Origin: Macrostomum lignano
Lineage: Eukaryota
Length of the DNA stretch: 64,000 nt
Direction: 5' to 3'
Assembly (NCBI GenBank): GCA_002269645.1
Contig: NIVC01000018.1
Location: 62,001 to 126,000 of the forward strand
Of the stretch, positions 45,449 through 59,025 are shown piece after piece. The translations under genes and the position numbers were made by a program. The notes beneath the pieces were generated by a model that worked only from the letters and a program-made list of their open reading frames with translations, was not told the origin of the DNA and searched no databases. Numbering within the stretch: position 1 is the first letter of the stretch; every line of letters begins with the position of its first letter.

Positions 45449-47077
45449 GTCACGACTCTAGGGCTCTATGAATCTATGACTCTCTGATTCTCTGATTCTG
45501 ATTCTATGACTCTATGACTCTCTGATTCTATCTATGAGTCTATGACTCTATGACTCTCTGATTCTATCTATGACTCTATGAATCTGACTCTATGACTCTT
45601 TGACTCTATGACTCTCTGATTCTATGACTCTATGACTCTATGAATCTGACTCTATGACTCTTTGACTCTATGACTCTCTGATTCTATGACTCTATGACTC
45701 TATGACTCTCTGATTCTATCTATGACTCTATGACTCTATGACTCTCTGATTCTATCTATGACTCTATGACTCTATGACTCTCTGATTCTATCTATGACTC
45801 TATGACTCTCTGATTCTATCTATGACTCTATGACTCTCTGATTCTATCTATGACTCTATGATTTTATGACTCTCTGATTCTATGACTCTCTGATTATATG
45901 ACTCTCTGCGGCAGAGGTGAATGCACAAACCACTTCTTGTCTACGAGTATTTGCTTGCAGTCACTATCAGCAAGTACGAGCTGACCATTTGCTACATTCC
46001 TGCAGTGCCCTTGTTGATCCTTGTAGCAGCATCCGGTAGATTCTCGCTAGCATCTAGTAGATTCTCGCTAGCACTCGGTAGATTCTCGTTAGCATCCGGT
46101 AGATTCTCGCCAGCATCCGGTAGATTCTTGCTAGCATCCGGTAGATTCTCGCTAGCATCCAGTAGATTCTCGCTAGCACTCGGTAGATTCTCGCTAGCAT
46201 CCGGTAGGTTCTCGCTAGCATTCGGTAGATTCTTGCTAGCATCCAGTAGATTATTGCTAGCATCCGGTAGATTCTTGCTAGCATCTGGTAGATTCTCGCT
46301 AGCATCCGGTAGATTCTAATCAGCATCCGGTAGATTCTTATCAGCATCCGGTAGATTCTCGCTAGCATCCGGTAGATTCTAATCAGCATCCGGTAGATTC
46401 TAATCAGCATCCGGTAGATTCTTATCAGCATCCGGTAGATTGTAATAAACATCCGATAGACTCCAATCAGCATCCGGTAGATTCCTTTAGGTTTGAGTAG
46501 ATTCTGTCAGTATCCGGGAGATTTAATCTATCAGCCAACCCCGCTTCGACAGCTCGGACATCTACGCCTTGGACTACTCAAAATCGGTTCGGCGTCCCCG
46601 CAAGACGGCGCAGCAGCTGCGCCAGGAGGCGGCCCAGCGCTCGGCGGAGAAACTTGAGACGCAGACCCGAGCCGTGCTGGCGGCGGCTTCCGCCAAGCGC
46701 CGTAGCGTTGCCGCCAACGACATGGCTAGCAGTCGCAGAGACAGCGAAGGCAGACAGCAGAACGCTTGATTGAACGGCGATCGGAGCCCGCGGACCCCTG
46801 AATCCACATCTGGACTGGAAAGCTTTATTGTGTCCTTATTTTTCCATTTGCTTAGTACATATACGAGCGTAGCTGAGTGTACGACTTTTCCAGTCCAGAT
46901 GTTCAGTTCAATGGTCCATGTCGTAACATATCGTTTTTTCGCTGAGAACAAAACAAATATACCGGAGCACTTTTTATTCTTATGGCACTTGAGCACTTTC
47001 AGCTTTTTTAGAATTTGATTTCTTGGAAAAAGTTTGTAGTAGTAAAAACGGCTGGATAGATAGATAGATAGATAGCT

Positions 47078-47136
<59 letters not shown>

Positions 47137-47160
47137 TTGATTGATTGATTGATTAATTGG

Positions 47161-47196
<36 letters not shown>

Positions 47197-47349
47197 CTGA
47201 TTGATTGACTGATTGACTGATGGATAGAACTCGCCAAGCCTCCCATTATATCGTGAAGCATCAATGCTGAGTCAAGCCATTCAGAAGACAATTTTCCAAG
47301 TTGCAATGAACTTTCAGCGCGTCTAATTGAAGAAATTGAATAACTTGCT

Positions 47350-49089
47350 ATGGCGGGTCCAGTGGCGCTGGTCAGGCGCCTGCTCGCTCACCTGTGGAGT
47401 CTGATGTGGAGAGTTTGGAATTATTTGGCTAGGTAAGTAAAGTGATAGTCAAACAATTCTTGGTTGAGATGCTCTGGGTTGAGATAACAAAACTCTGGGT
47501 TGAGATGCCAAATCTCTGGGTTGAGATACCAAATCTCTGGGTTGAGATACTAAATCTCTGGTTTGAGTTATCAAATCTCTGAGTTGAGATACCAAATCTA
47601 TGGGTTCAGATACCAAATCTCTGGGTTGAGATACCAAATCTCTGGGTTGAGATACCAAATCTCTGGGTTGAGATACCAAATCTCTGGGTTGAGTTATCAA
47701 ATCTCTGGGTTGAGGTATCAAATCTCTGGGTTCAGATACCAAATCTCTCGGTTGAGATACCAAATCTCTGGGTTGAGATGCCAAATCTCTGGGTTGAGAT
47801 ACCAAATCTCTGGGTTGAGATACTAAATCTCTGGTTTGAGTTATCAAATCTCTGAGTTGAGATACCAAATCTATGGGTTCAGATACCAAATCTCTGGGTT
47901 GAGATACCAAATCTCTGGGTTGAGATACCAAATCTCTGGGTTGAGATACCAAATCTCTGGGTTGAGTTATCAAATCTCTGGGTTGAGGTATCAAATCTCT
48001 GGGTTCAGATACCAAATCTCTCGGTTGAGATACCAAATCTCTGGGTTGAGATGCCAAATCTCTGGGTTGAGATATCAAATCTCTGGGTTGAGATATCAGT
48101 CTCTGGGTTGAGATACCAAATCTCTGGGTTGAGATATCAATCTCTGGGTTGAGATACCAAATCTCTGGGTTGAGATATCAATCTCTGGGTTGAGATGCCA
48201 AATCTCTGGGTTGAGATATCAAATCTCTGGGTTGAGATATCAGTCTCTGGGTTGAGATACCAAATCTCTGGGTTGAGATATCAATCTCTGGGTTGAGATA
48301 CCAAATCTCTGGGTTGAGATATCAATCTCTGGGTTGAGATACCAAATCTCTGGTTTGAGATATCAAATCTCAGATATCAGATATCAGATATCAAATCTAA
48401 GGTTTGAGATATCAAACTTAAGATATCAAGGTTAAGATTTCAAATCTCTGGGTTGAGATACCAGATCTCTGGGTTGAGATACTAAATCTCTGGGTTTAGA
48501 TACTAAATCTCTTGGTTGAGATACCAAATCTCTTGGTTGAGATACCAAATCTCTGGGTTGAGATACCAAATCTCTGGGTTGAGATACTAAATCTCTGGGT
48601 TGAGATACTAAATCTTTCGGTTGAGATACCAAATCTCTGAGATACCAGCTCTGGGTTAAGCTTAAATCTCGAGTTATAACCCGTTCTCCCTGATGAATTC
48701 CAACCCTAGTCTCAACGACAACGACTGGTTGGCGGCGACATCAAACGAGAATCGCCGGGAGCAGTTGTTCAATGCCAGCATTCAGTCGGAGTCGCTCAGC
48801 CTGCCCTGGACAATGGAGATGGCCCAGCTGCCCGGCGGTACGTTTGACCCTGCATCACTTTCTTGTGCAGCTTATTTAGTCACTTTATTTATCGCCGTCG
48901 CCTTCTTACAGAGGACACCTTAGAGTTTACCTGCGTCTACAATCTGGCACCCGACAGCGGCCTGAGCGACGTGCAAATCGACCGGATTGGCGTCCTGCGC
49001 TCTGTCGGTGTTGCCGAGTTTTACACCGACTGCCTGGGTAACTGGCCAGCCTTCCTCACGGACTCCCGGGTTGCTGCTCTCGACTGGAG
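47350..49089 (+). CDS. CGRRF1-like exons 1-3, truncated copy 2 (47350-47432, 48710-48837, 48912-49089)
   Basis: As copy 1. Confidence 0.7.
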
Positions 49090-49094
49090 GTGGG

Positions 49095-49997
49095 TGACTG
49101 ACTGACTGACTGACTGACTGACTGACTGACTGACTGACTGACTGACTGACTGACTGACTGACTGACTGACTGACTGACTGACTGACTGACTGACTGACTG
49201 ACTGACTGACTGACTGACTGACTGACTGACTGACTGACTGACTGACTGACTGACTGACTGACTGACTGACTGACTGACTGACTGACTGACTGACTGACTG
49301 ACTGACTGACTGACTGACTGACTGACTGACTGACTGACTGACTGACTGACTGCCTGCCTGACTGACTGACTGACTGACTGACTGACTGACTGACTGACTG
49401 ACTGACTGACTGACTGACTGACTGACTGACTGACTGACTGACTGACTGACTGACTGACTGACTGACTGACTGACTGACTGACTGACTGACTGACTGACTG
49501 ACTGACTGACTGACTGACTGACTGACTGACTGACTGACTGACTGACTGACTGACTGACTGACTGACTGACTGACTGACTGACTGACTGACTGACTGACTG
49601 ACTGACTGACTGACTGACTGACTGACTGACTGACTGACTGACTGACTGACTGACTGACTGACTGACTGACTGACTGACTGACTGACTGACTGACTGACTG
49701 ACTGACTGACTGACTGACTGACTGACTGACTGACTGACTGACTGACTGACTGACTGACTGACTGACTGACTGACTGACTGACTGACTGACTGACTGACTG
49801 ACTGACTGACTGACTGACTGACTGACTGACTGACTGACTGACTGACTGACTGACTGACTGACTGACTGACTGACTGACTGACTGACTGACTGACTGACTG
49901 ACTGACTGACTGACTGACTGACTGACTGACTGACTGACTGACTGACTGACTGACTGACTGACTGACTGACTGACTGACTGACTGACTGACTGACTGA
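49095..49997. repeat. (GACT)n microsatellite, ~0.9 kb
   Basis: Seen directly; GCCTGCCT interruption ~49352. Confidence 0.98.
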
Positions 49998-51626
49998 GTC
50001 ACGACTCTAGGGCTCTATGAATCTATGACTCTCTGATTCTCTGATTCTGATTCTATGACTCTATGACTCTCTGATTCTATCTATGAGTCTATGACTCTAT
50101 GACTCTCTGATTCTATCTATGACTCTATGAATCTGACTCTATGACTCTTTGACTCTATGACTCTCTGATTCTATGACTCTATGACTCTATGAATCTGACT
50201 CTATGACTCTTTGACTCTATGACTCTCTGATTCTATGACTCTATGACTCTATGACTCTCTGATTCTATCTATGACTCTATGACTCTATGACTCTCTGATT
50301 CTATCTATGACTCTATGACTCTATGACTCTCTGATTCTATCTATGACTCTATGACTCTCTGATTCTATCTATGACTCTATGACTCTCTGATTCTATCTAT
50401 GACTCTATGATTTTATGACTCTCTGATTCTATGACTCTCTGATTCTATGACTCTCTGCGGCAGAGGTGAATGCACAAACCACTTCTTGTCTACGAGTATT
50501 TGCTTGCAGTCACTATCAGCAAGTACGAGCTGACCATTTGCTACATTCCTGCAGTGCCCTTGTTGATCCTTGTAGCAGCATCCGGTAGATTCTCGCTAGC
50601 ATCTAGTAGATTCTCGCTAGCACTCGGTAGATTCTCGTTAGCATCCGGTAGATTCTCGCCAGCATCCGGTAGATTCTTGCTAGCATCCGGTAGATTCTCG
50701 CTAGCATCCAGTAGATTCTCGCTAGCACTCGGTAGATTCTCGCTAGCATCCGGTAGGTTCTCGCTAGCATTCGGTAGATTCTTGCTAGCATCCAGTAGAT
50801 TATTGCTAGCATCCGGTAGATTCTTGCTAGCATCTGGTAGATTCTCGCTAGCATCCGGTAGATTCTAATCAGCATCCGGTAGATTCTTATCAGCATCCGG
50901 TAGATTCTCGCTAGCATCCGGTAGATTCTAATCAGCATCCGGTAGATTCTAATCAGCATCCGGTAGATTCTTATCAGCATCCGGTAGATTGTAATAAACA
51001 TCCGATAGACTCCAATCAGCATCCGGTAGATTCCTTTAGGTTTGAGTAGATTCTGTCAGTATCCGGGAGATTTAATCTATCAGCCAACCCCGCTTCGACA
51101 GCTCGGACATCTACGCCTTGGACTACTCAAAATCGGTTCGGCGTCCCCGCAAGACGGCGCAGCAGCTGCGCCAGGAGGCGGCCCAGCGCTCGGCGGAGAA
51201 ACTTGAGACGCAGACCCGAGCCGTGCTGGCGGCGGCTTCCGCCAAGCGCCGTAGCGTTGCCGCCAACGACATGGCTAGCAGTCGCAGAGACAGCGAAGGC
51301 AGACAGCAGAACGCTTGATTGAACGGCGATCGGAGCCCGCGGACCCCTGAATCCACATCTGGACTGGAAAGCTTTATTGTGTCCTTATTTTTCCATTTGC
51401 TTAGTACATATACGAGCGTAGCTGAGTGTACGACTTTTCCAGTCCAGATGTTCAGTTCAATGGTCCATGTCGTAACATATCGTTTTTTCGCTGAGAACAA
51501 AACAAATATACCGGAGCACTTTTTATTCTTATGGCACTTGAGCACTTTCAGCTTTTTTAGAATTTGATTTCTTGGAAAAAGTTTGTAGTAGTAAAAACGG
51601 CTGGATAGATAGATAGATAGATAGCT

Positions 51627-51689
<63 letters not shown>

Positions 51690-51713
51690 TTGATTGATTG
51701 ATTGATTAATTGG

Positions 51714-51749
<36 letters not shown>

Positions 51750-51902
51750 CTGATTGATTGACTGATTGACTGATGGATAGAACTCGCCAAGCCTCCCATT
51801 ATATCGTGAAGCATCAATGCTGAGTCAAGCCATTCAGAAGACAATTTTCCAAGTTGCAATGAACTTTCAGCGCGTCTAATTGAAGAAATTGAATAACTTG
51901 CT

Positions 51903-54900
51903 ATGGCGGGTCCAGTGGCGCTGGTCAGGCGCCTGCTCGCTCACCTGTGGAGTCTGATGTGGAGAGTTTGGAATTATTTGGCTAGGTAAGTAAAGTGATA
52001 GTCAAACAATTCTTGGTTGAGATGCTCTGGGTTGAGATAACAAAACTCTGGGTTGAGATGCCAAATCTCTGGGTTGAGATACCAAATCTCTGGGTTGAGA
52101 TACTAAATCTCTGGTTTGAGTTATCAAATCTCTGAGTTGAGATACCAAATCTATGGGTTCAGATACCAAATCTCTGGGTTGAGATACCAAATCTCTGGGT
52201 TGAGATACCAAATCTCTGGGTTGAGATACCAAATCTCTGGGTTGAGTTATCAAATCTCTGGGTTGAGGTATCAAATCTCTGGGTTCAGATACCAAATCTC
52301 TCGGTTGAGATACCAAATCTCTGGGTTGAGATGCCAAATCTCTGGGTTGAGATACCAAATCTCTGGGTTGAGATACTAAATCTCTGGTTTGAGTTATCAA
52401 ATCTCTGAGTTGAGATACCAAATCTATGGGTTCAGATACCAAATCTCTGGGTTGAGATACCAAAATCTCTGGGTTGAGATACCAAATCTCTGGGTTGAGA
52501 TACCAAATCTCTGGGTTGAGTTATCAAATCTCTGGGTTGAGGTATCAAATCTCTGGGTTCAGATACCAAATCTCTCGGTTGAGATACCAAATCTCTGGGT
52601 TGAGATGCCAAATCTCTGGGTTGAGATATCAAATCTCTGGGTTGAGATATCAGTCTCTGGGTTGAGATACCAAATCTCTGGGTTGAGATATCAATCTCTG
52701 GGTTGAGATACCAAATCTCTGGGTTGAGATATCAATCTCTGGGTTGAGATGCCAAATCTCTGGGTTGAGATATCAAATCTCTGGGTTGAGATATCAGTCT
52801 CTGGGTTGAGATACCAAATCTCTGGTTGAGATATCAATCTCTGGGTTGAGATACCAAATCTCTGGGTTGAGATATCAATCTCTGGGTTGAGATACCAAAT
52901 CTCTGGTTTGAGATATCAAATCTCAGATATCAGATATCAGATATCAAATCTAAGGTTTGAGATATCAAACTTAAGATATCAAGGTTAAGATTTCAAATCT
53001 CTGGGTTGAGATACCAGATCTCTGGGTTGAGATACTAAATCTCTGGGTTTAGATACTAAATCTCTTGGTTGAGATACCAAATCTCTTGGTTGAGATACCA
53101 AATCTCTGGGTTGAGATACCAAATCTCTGGGTTGAGATACTAAATCTCTGGGTTGAGATACTAAATCTCTTGGTTGAGATAATAAATCTTTCGGTTGAGA
53201 TACCAAATCTCTGGGTTGAGATACCAAATCTCTGGTTTGAGATATCAAATCTCAGATATCAGATATCAAATCTCAGGTTTGAGATATCAAACCTAAGATA
53301 TCAAGGTTGAGATTTCAAATCTCTGGGTTGAGATACCAAATCTCTGGGTTGAGATACTAAATCTCTGGGTTGAGATACCAAATCTCTGGGTTAAGATACC
53401 AAGTCTCTGGGTTGAGATACTAAATCTTTCGGTTGAGATATCAATCTCTGGGTTGAGATACCAAATCTCTGGTTTGAGATATCAAACCTAAGATATCAAG
53501 GTTGAGATTTCAAATCTCTGGGTTGAGATACTAAATCTCTGAGTTGAGATACTAAATCTTTCGGTTGAGATACCAAATCTCTGAGATACCAGCTCTGGGT
53601 TAAGCTTAAATCTCGAGTTATAACCCGTTCTCCCTGATGAATTCCAACCCTAGTCTCAACGACAACGACTGGTTGGCGGCGACATCAAACGAGAATCGCC
53701 GGGAGCAGTTGTTCAATGCCAGCATTCAGTCGGAGTCGCTCAGCCTGCCCTGGACAATGGAGATGGCCCAGCTGCCCGGCGGTACGTTTGACCCTGCATC
53801 ACTTTCTTGTGCAGCTTATTTAGTCACTTTATTTATCGCCGTCGCCTTCTTACAGAGGACACCTTAGAGTTTACCTGCGTCTACAATCTGGCACCCGACA
53901 GCGGCCTGAGCGACGTGCAAATCGACCGGATTGGCGTCCTGCGCTCTGTCGGTGTTGCCGAGTTTTACACCGACTGCCTGGGTAACTGGCCAGCCTTCCT
54001 CACGGACTCCCGGGTTGCTGCTCTCGACTGGAGGTGGGTGACTGACTGACTGACTGACTGACTGACTGACTGACTGACTGACTGACTGACTGACTGACTG
54101 ACTGACTGACTGACTGACTGACTGACTGACTGACTGACTGACTGACTGACTGACTGACTGACTGACTGACTGACTGACTGACTGACTGACTGACTGACTG
54201 ACTGACTGACTGACTGACTGACTGACTGACTGACTGACTGACTGCCTGACTGACTGACTGACTGACTGACTGACTGACTGACTGACTGACTGACTGACTG
54301 ACTGACTGACTGACTGACTGACTGACTGACTGACTGACTGACTGACTGACTGACTGACTGACTGACTGACTGACTGACTGACTGACTGACTGACTGACTG
54401 ACTGACTGACTGACTGACTGACTGACTGACTGACTGACTGACTGACTGACTGACTGACTGACTGACTGACTGACTGACTGACTGACTGACTGACTGACTG
54501 ACTGACTGACTGACTGACTGACTGACTGACTGACTGACTGACTGACTGACTGACTGACTGACTGACTGACTGACTGACTGACTGACTGACTGACTGACTG
54601 ACTGACTGACTGACTGACTGACTGACTGACTGACTGACTGACTGACTGACTGACTGACTGACTGCCTGACTGACTGACTGACTGACTGACTGACTGACTG
54701 ACTGACTGACTGACTGACTGACTGACTGACTGACTGACTGACTGACTGACTGACTGACTGACTGACTGACTGACTGACTGACTGACTGACTGACTGACTG
54801 ACTGACTGACTGACTGACTGACTGACTGACTGACTGACTGACTGACTGACTGACTGACTGACTGACTGACTGACTGACTGACTGAGTCACGACTCTAGGG

Positions 54901-56101
54901 CTCTATGAATCTATGACTCTCTGATTCTCTGATTCTGATTCTATGACTCTATGACTCTCTGATTCTATCTATGAGTCTATGACTCTATGACTCTCTGATT
55001 CTATCTATGACTCTATGAATCTGACTCTATGACTCTTTGACTCTATGACTCTCTGATTCTATGACTCTATGACTCTATGAATCTGACTCTATGACTCTTT
55101 GACTCTATGACTCTCTGATTCTATGACTCTATGACTCTATGACTCTCTGATTCTATCTATGACTCTATGACTCTATGACTCTCTGATTCTATCTATGACT
55201 CTATGACTCTATGACTCTCTGATTCTATCTATGACTCTATGACTCTCTGATTCTATCTATGACTCTATGATTTTATGACTCTCTGATTCTATGACTCTCT
55301 GATTCTATGACTCTCTGATTCTATGACTATATGACTCTATGACTCTATCTTTCTCTGATTCTATGACTCTGACTCTATGACTCTATGACTCTCTGATTCT
55401 ATGACTCTGACTCTATGACTCTTTGACTCTATGACTCTTTGACTCTATGACTCTATGATTCTATGACTCACTGACTCACTGCCTGGCACATCCACCCCAG
55501 CGAGTCATCCAGCGGTGTGGTCGCGGCCCGACTGCCGAACGCCAGCGAGGGCCTGTCCTACTCGCCTCAGTCCTACCCTCTGGTCGCATTCGCATTCGGC
55601 TCGTACACTTTCACCGGAAGCGAAGCCTCAACTGGAAGTGACGCTGACGACAGCGAATCTGGGGCCGGAAGCGCGGAGGCTACCGCCGGAAGACATCGGC
55701 AGCGCAGCTTCCGATGCTGCCTGGCCGCGGTGCTCCACGTGCGCCTGTTGCCAGAGCAGCCGGCCAGTCAGATCATGCGCAGGTTCTTCTTGCGCTGGCC
55801 GCCAGAGCTGGAGGAGTGTGCGGCGTGGCAGCCGCACGTGTTGGAGCTGCGGCCGTACTTCAGCACCGCTGATTCTTCATCTTCGCCATCATCGTCGGAT
55901 GCTGACGGCAGCTGCGTTGTCTGCCAGTCGGCTCCGGCCAGCATCCTGCTGCTGCCCTGTCGGCACGCTTGCGTCTGCGCCGACTGCGCCGCCCGGCTGC
56001 CTTCGGATCTGTGCCCGCTGTGCCGCCGGCTCGCGCACTCCCGCCTGGCGCTTCCAGTCCGAGTGCAGCCGCCGCCGCCGGAGCCGCCGCCTGTTCATTG
56101 A
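51903..56101 (+). CDS. CGRRF1: CGRRF1-like C3HC4 RING E3 ligase; exons 51903-51985, 53654-53781, 53856-54033, 55501-56101
   Basis: Phase-consistent introns; hydrophobic N-terminus; QSYPLVAF, AVLHV, CVVCQSAPASILLLPCRHACVCADC...CPLCR resemble CGRRF1 (YPLVAL, SVIHI, CVVCQNGTVNWVLLPCRHTCLCDGC...CPMCR); AATAAA at 56138-56143. Confidence 0.75.
54039..54885. repeat. (GACT)n microsatellite, ~0.85 kb
   Basis: Seen directly; GCCT interruptions ~54244 and ~54664. Confidence 0.98.
54900..55480. repeat. TCTATGAC/TCTGATTC-based low-complexity array (shorter versions at ~45460-45905 and ~50010-50454)
   Basis: Seen directly; contains the duplication breakpoint. Confidence 0.9.
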
Positions 56102-56254
56102 TTGGCGCTGGTTTTTTTGGTTTCGAAAAATATCGGTAATAAAACGCTATTTTTACTACTTGCGCATGTAAGTAGTTATGCAGTTATTAAAGAGGCTGGT
56201 GCGCTTAGTGCGTATATTCGCTTTGATCTGTGTTTGGTCAGAATTTTGTAGTAA

Positions 56255-56540
56255 GGGTGGTAGCCTAGTGGTCAGAGCGTTGGACTCACGACTTGAAGGT
56301 CGGGGGTTCGATTCTCGACCCACTCGGAACAATTTGTGTCCTTGAGCAAGACACTTAAATCTGCATTGCTTCAGTTCACCCAGAGCTGTAAAATGGGTGC
56401 CAGCATTAGCTGGGATAATTGAGGGTGTGTGACGACCCCCCAGTCCTTGGACTGAACAGCCGTACGCAGCGTCAGATGCGCCGCGCAATAGCAGCGGCTG
56501 AGTTGTATCAGTAGTGGGTAAAGTGAATGACATTGTACTG
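56255..56540 (+). mobile_element. tRNA-derived CORE-type SINE
   Basis: A-box TAGCCTAGTGG (56261), B-box GGTTCGATTC (56305), then GTGTCCTTGAGCAAGACACTTAA...CTTCAGTTCACCCAGAGCTGTAAAATGGG aligning to the MIR/CORE domain; 3' end uncertain. Confidence 0.75.
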
Positions 56541-57219
56541 GATTTCGTGCAACCAGTTGGTAAATATATATGTGTATATTCGGTATTATATACTACTGAA
56601 TCGATAGAAGCTTAGTAGCATACGTATTGCGCAATTCTTTATCTTTTATTTAATTATTTAAACAAGTCTAGGAATATAGCTACTAATATGCATTTAAATG
56701 GAAAAGAGTACCTGAATGCAACAATCTTATTACTAATATGCTTGATTTAAGAAACAACAAAACAAATATTTCCTATTTCTTCAGTGTATTTTTTCAGGAA
56801 ATTGACCAAAAATTTACACGATCTCCCAAGGCACAGGGAGTGTACAAACATGCCTGACGATAAGAAACTCAGGACCGCTCTGTCTTTTTCTTCATGTTTA
56901 AAGCTTGCATAATTTTATACTCGCTACTATAAGTAGCGTAGTCGCAGAGTTCAATTTGTTTAAATAGGTTAACAAATGTTAAAGACGAACTTCTCCTAAG
57001 GTCAAACAGCCACGTCTGTGAGCCTCTATCGCACTATCTTTGAGCAGCGACTCAAGTTTCCCCTGCTATTTTCGTTTCAAAGCAAAATACAAAGCGATAA
57101 GGGCAGCCCTTTGAGAATTTTTACGGTCGCTGCATCTGATACTCGTAAAACAGCGTTGCCGAACAAGATTATAATAGCTGGTGTTTACTGCAATTTTGGA
57201 AGAGATACACAGAACAAGC

Positions 57220-57655
57220 CGCGGATGAGGAGAGGAGAGCGGATGAGGAGAGGAGAGAGCGGATGATGAGAGGAGAGAGCGGATGATTACAGAGGAGAGA
57301 GCGGATGAGATGGGAGAGAGCGGATGAGAAGGAAGAGAGTGGATGAGAAGGGAGAGAGCGGATGAGAAGGGAGAGAGTGGATGAGATGAGAGAGAGCAGA
57401 TGAGAAGGGAGAGAGCGGATGAGAAGGAAGAGAGTGGATGAGAAGGAAGAGAGCGGATGAGAAGGGAGAGAGCGGATGAGAAGGGAGAGAGTGGATGAGA
57501 TGGGAAAGAGCGGATGAGAAGAGAGAGAGCGGATGAGAAGGGAGAGAGCGGATGAGAAGGGAGAGAGCGGATGAGAAGGGAGAGAGCGGATGAGAAGGGA
57601 GAGAGCGGATGAGAGGGAAGAGAGCGGATGAGAAGAGAGAGCGGATGAAAAGGAG
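57220..57655. repeat. 19-bp purine-rich minisatellite (GGAGAGAGCGGATGAGAAG)n
   Basis: Period 19. Confidence 0.93.
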
Positions 57656-57752
57656 ATAGAGTGGACTAGAGCGGGGGAGAGCTTGAACCTGTGAGGAGTA
57701 CAAGGGTGCTAAAACTGACTTTCCAAGCAGCATGCGGGCTTCAAGATGGCGA

Positions 57753-57861
<109 letters not shown>

Positions 57862-58374
57862 TAATGAGATGACAAGAAGCAGTCAAGGGTGTCAGATGAT
57901 AATGAAGATTGAATGCTGAGAGTCGGAGTCGCCGAGTCGATGTGCCAAGTCTGCATGCTCATCCCTTCAAAATTGGGTTTGGTAGGAGCATAAATGTACA
58001 TCACGATCCAGCATTGTGCAGAGGTTCGGCCTGAGATTTGTTCATGAATCGGTATTTCATCTGATTTTTTTCACAGTCTAATAGCAATACGTAGAATGCG
58101 CTGTAGTGTGATTATTATAAGTATGAGAAAAGCCGATCCGAGCGACCGGGTCGCAGCGGGGGAAGCCATAAAACAATTTTGCCTCAGCTTCCGATTAGGC
58201 TGCGATCAATTATTAACTCGCCTGAATGAACCGCGGCTTCATCAGCCAGAATCCTGCGTGGCTTAGTTAGAAATACTCTCTCGGGATCGTCTCGTGTGCA
58301 GTAGGACCTGCCAGTCGCTACGTACGCTGTCATTTACTGTAGCGACTTTCTTTAGCTGCCTGTGTCTGCTATAT

Positions 58375-59025
58375 CGGTAGACAGCGGATGACTATTGGTA
58401 GACAGCGGATGACTATTGGTAGGCAGCGGATGACTATTGGTAGGCAGCGGATGACTATTGGTAGAGAGCGGATGACTATTGGTAGACAGCGGATGACTAT
58501 TGGTAGACAGCGGATGACTATTGGTAGACAGCGGATGACTATTGGTAGAGAGCGGATGACTATTGGTAGACAGCGGATGACTATTGGTAGACAGCGGATG
58601 ACTATTGGTAGACAGCGGATGACTATTGGTAGACAGCGGATGACTATTGGTAGACAGCGGATGACTATTGGTAGACAGCGGATGATAATCGGTAGGGATC
58701 GGATGAGAATCAGTAGAGAGCGGATGAGAATCAGTAGAGAACGGATGAGAATCGGTAGAGAGCGGATGAGTATCGGTAGAGATCGGATGAGAATCGGTAG
58801 AGAGCGGATGAGAATCAGTAGAGAGCGGATGAGAATCCGTAGAGATCGGATGAGAATCGGTAGAGATCGGATGAGAATCGGTAGAGATCGGATGAGAATC
58901 GGTAGAGATCGGATGAGAATCGGTAGAGATCGGATGAGAATCGGTAGAGAGCGGATGATAATCAGTAGAGATCGGATGAGAATCGGTAGAGAGCGGGTGA
59001 GAATCGGGTAGAGAGCGGATGATAA
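58375..59025. repeat. 21-bp minisatellite (GTAGACAGCGGATGACTATTG grading to GTAGAGATCGGATGAGAATCG)
   Basis: Two variant blocks. Confidence 0.95.

Larger units (their letters stand above)
40390..55314. repeat. Tandem segmental triplication: copies 40390-45905, 45906-50454, 50455-55314
   Basis: Unique portions essentially identical at offsets +5516 and +10065/+10069; copies differ mainly in microsatellite and minisatellite length. Confidence 0.96.

Noticed and set aside
43795-45453. 552-aa QSVS-repeat ORF (and the 360/296-aa copies)
   Set aside because: Stop-free translation of a (GACT)n intronic microsatellite.
56255-56330. tRNA gene
   Set aside because: A/B boxes are followed by a CORE-like body rather than an acceptor stem and T-terminator, so called a SINE.
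58123-58266. 47-codon ORF MRKADPSDRVAAGEAIKQF...
   Set aside because: Too short, no homology recognised; the opposite strand is equally plausible.
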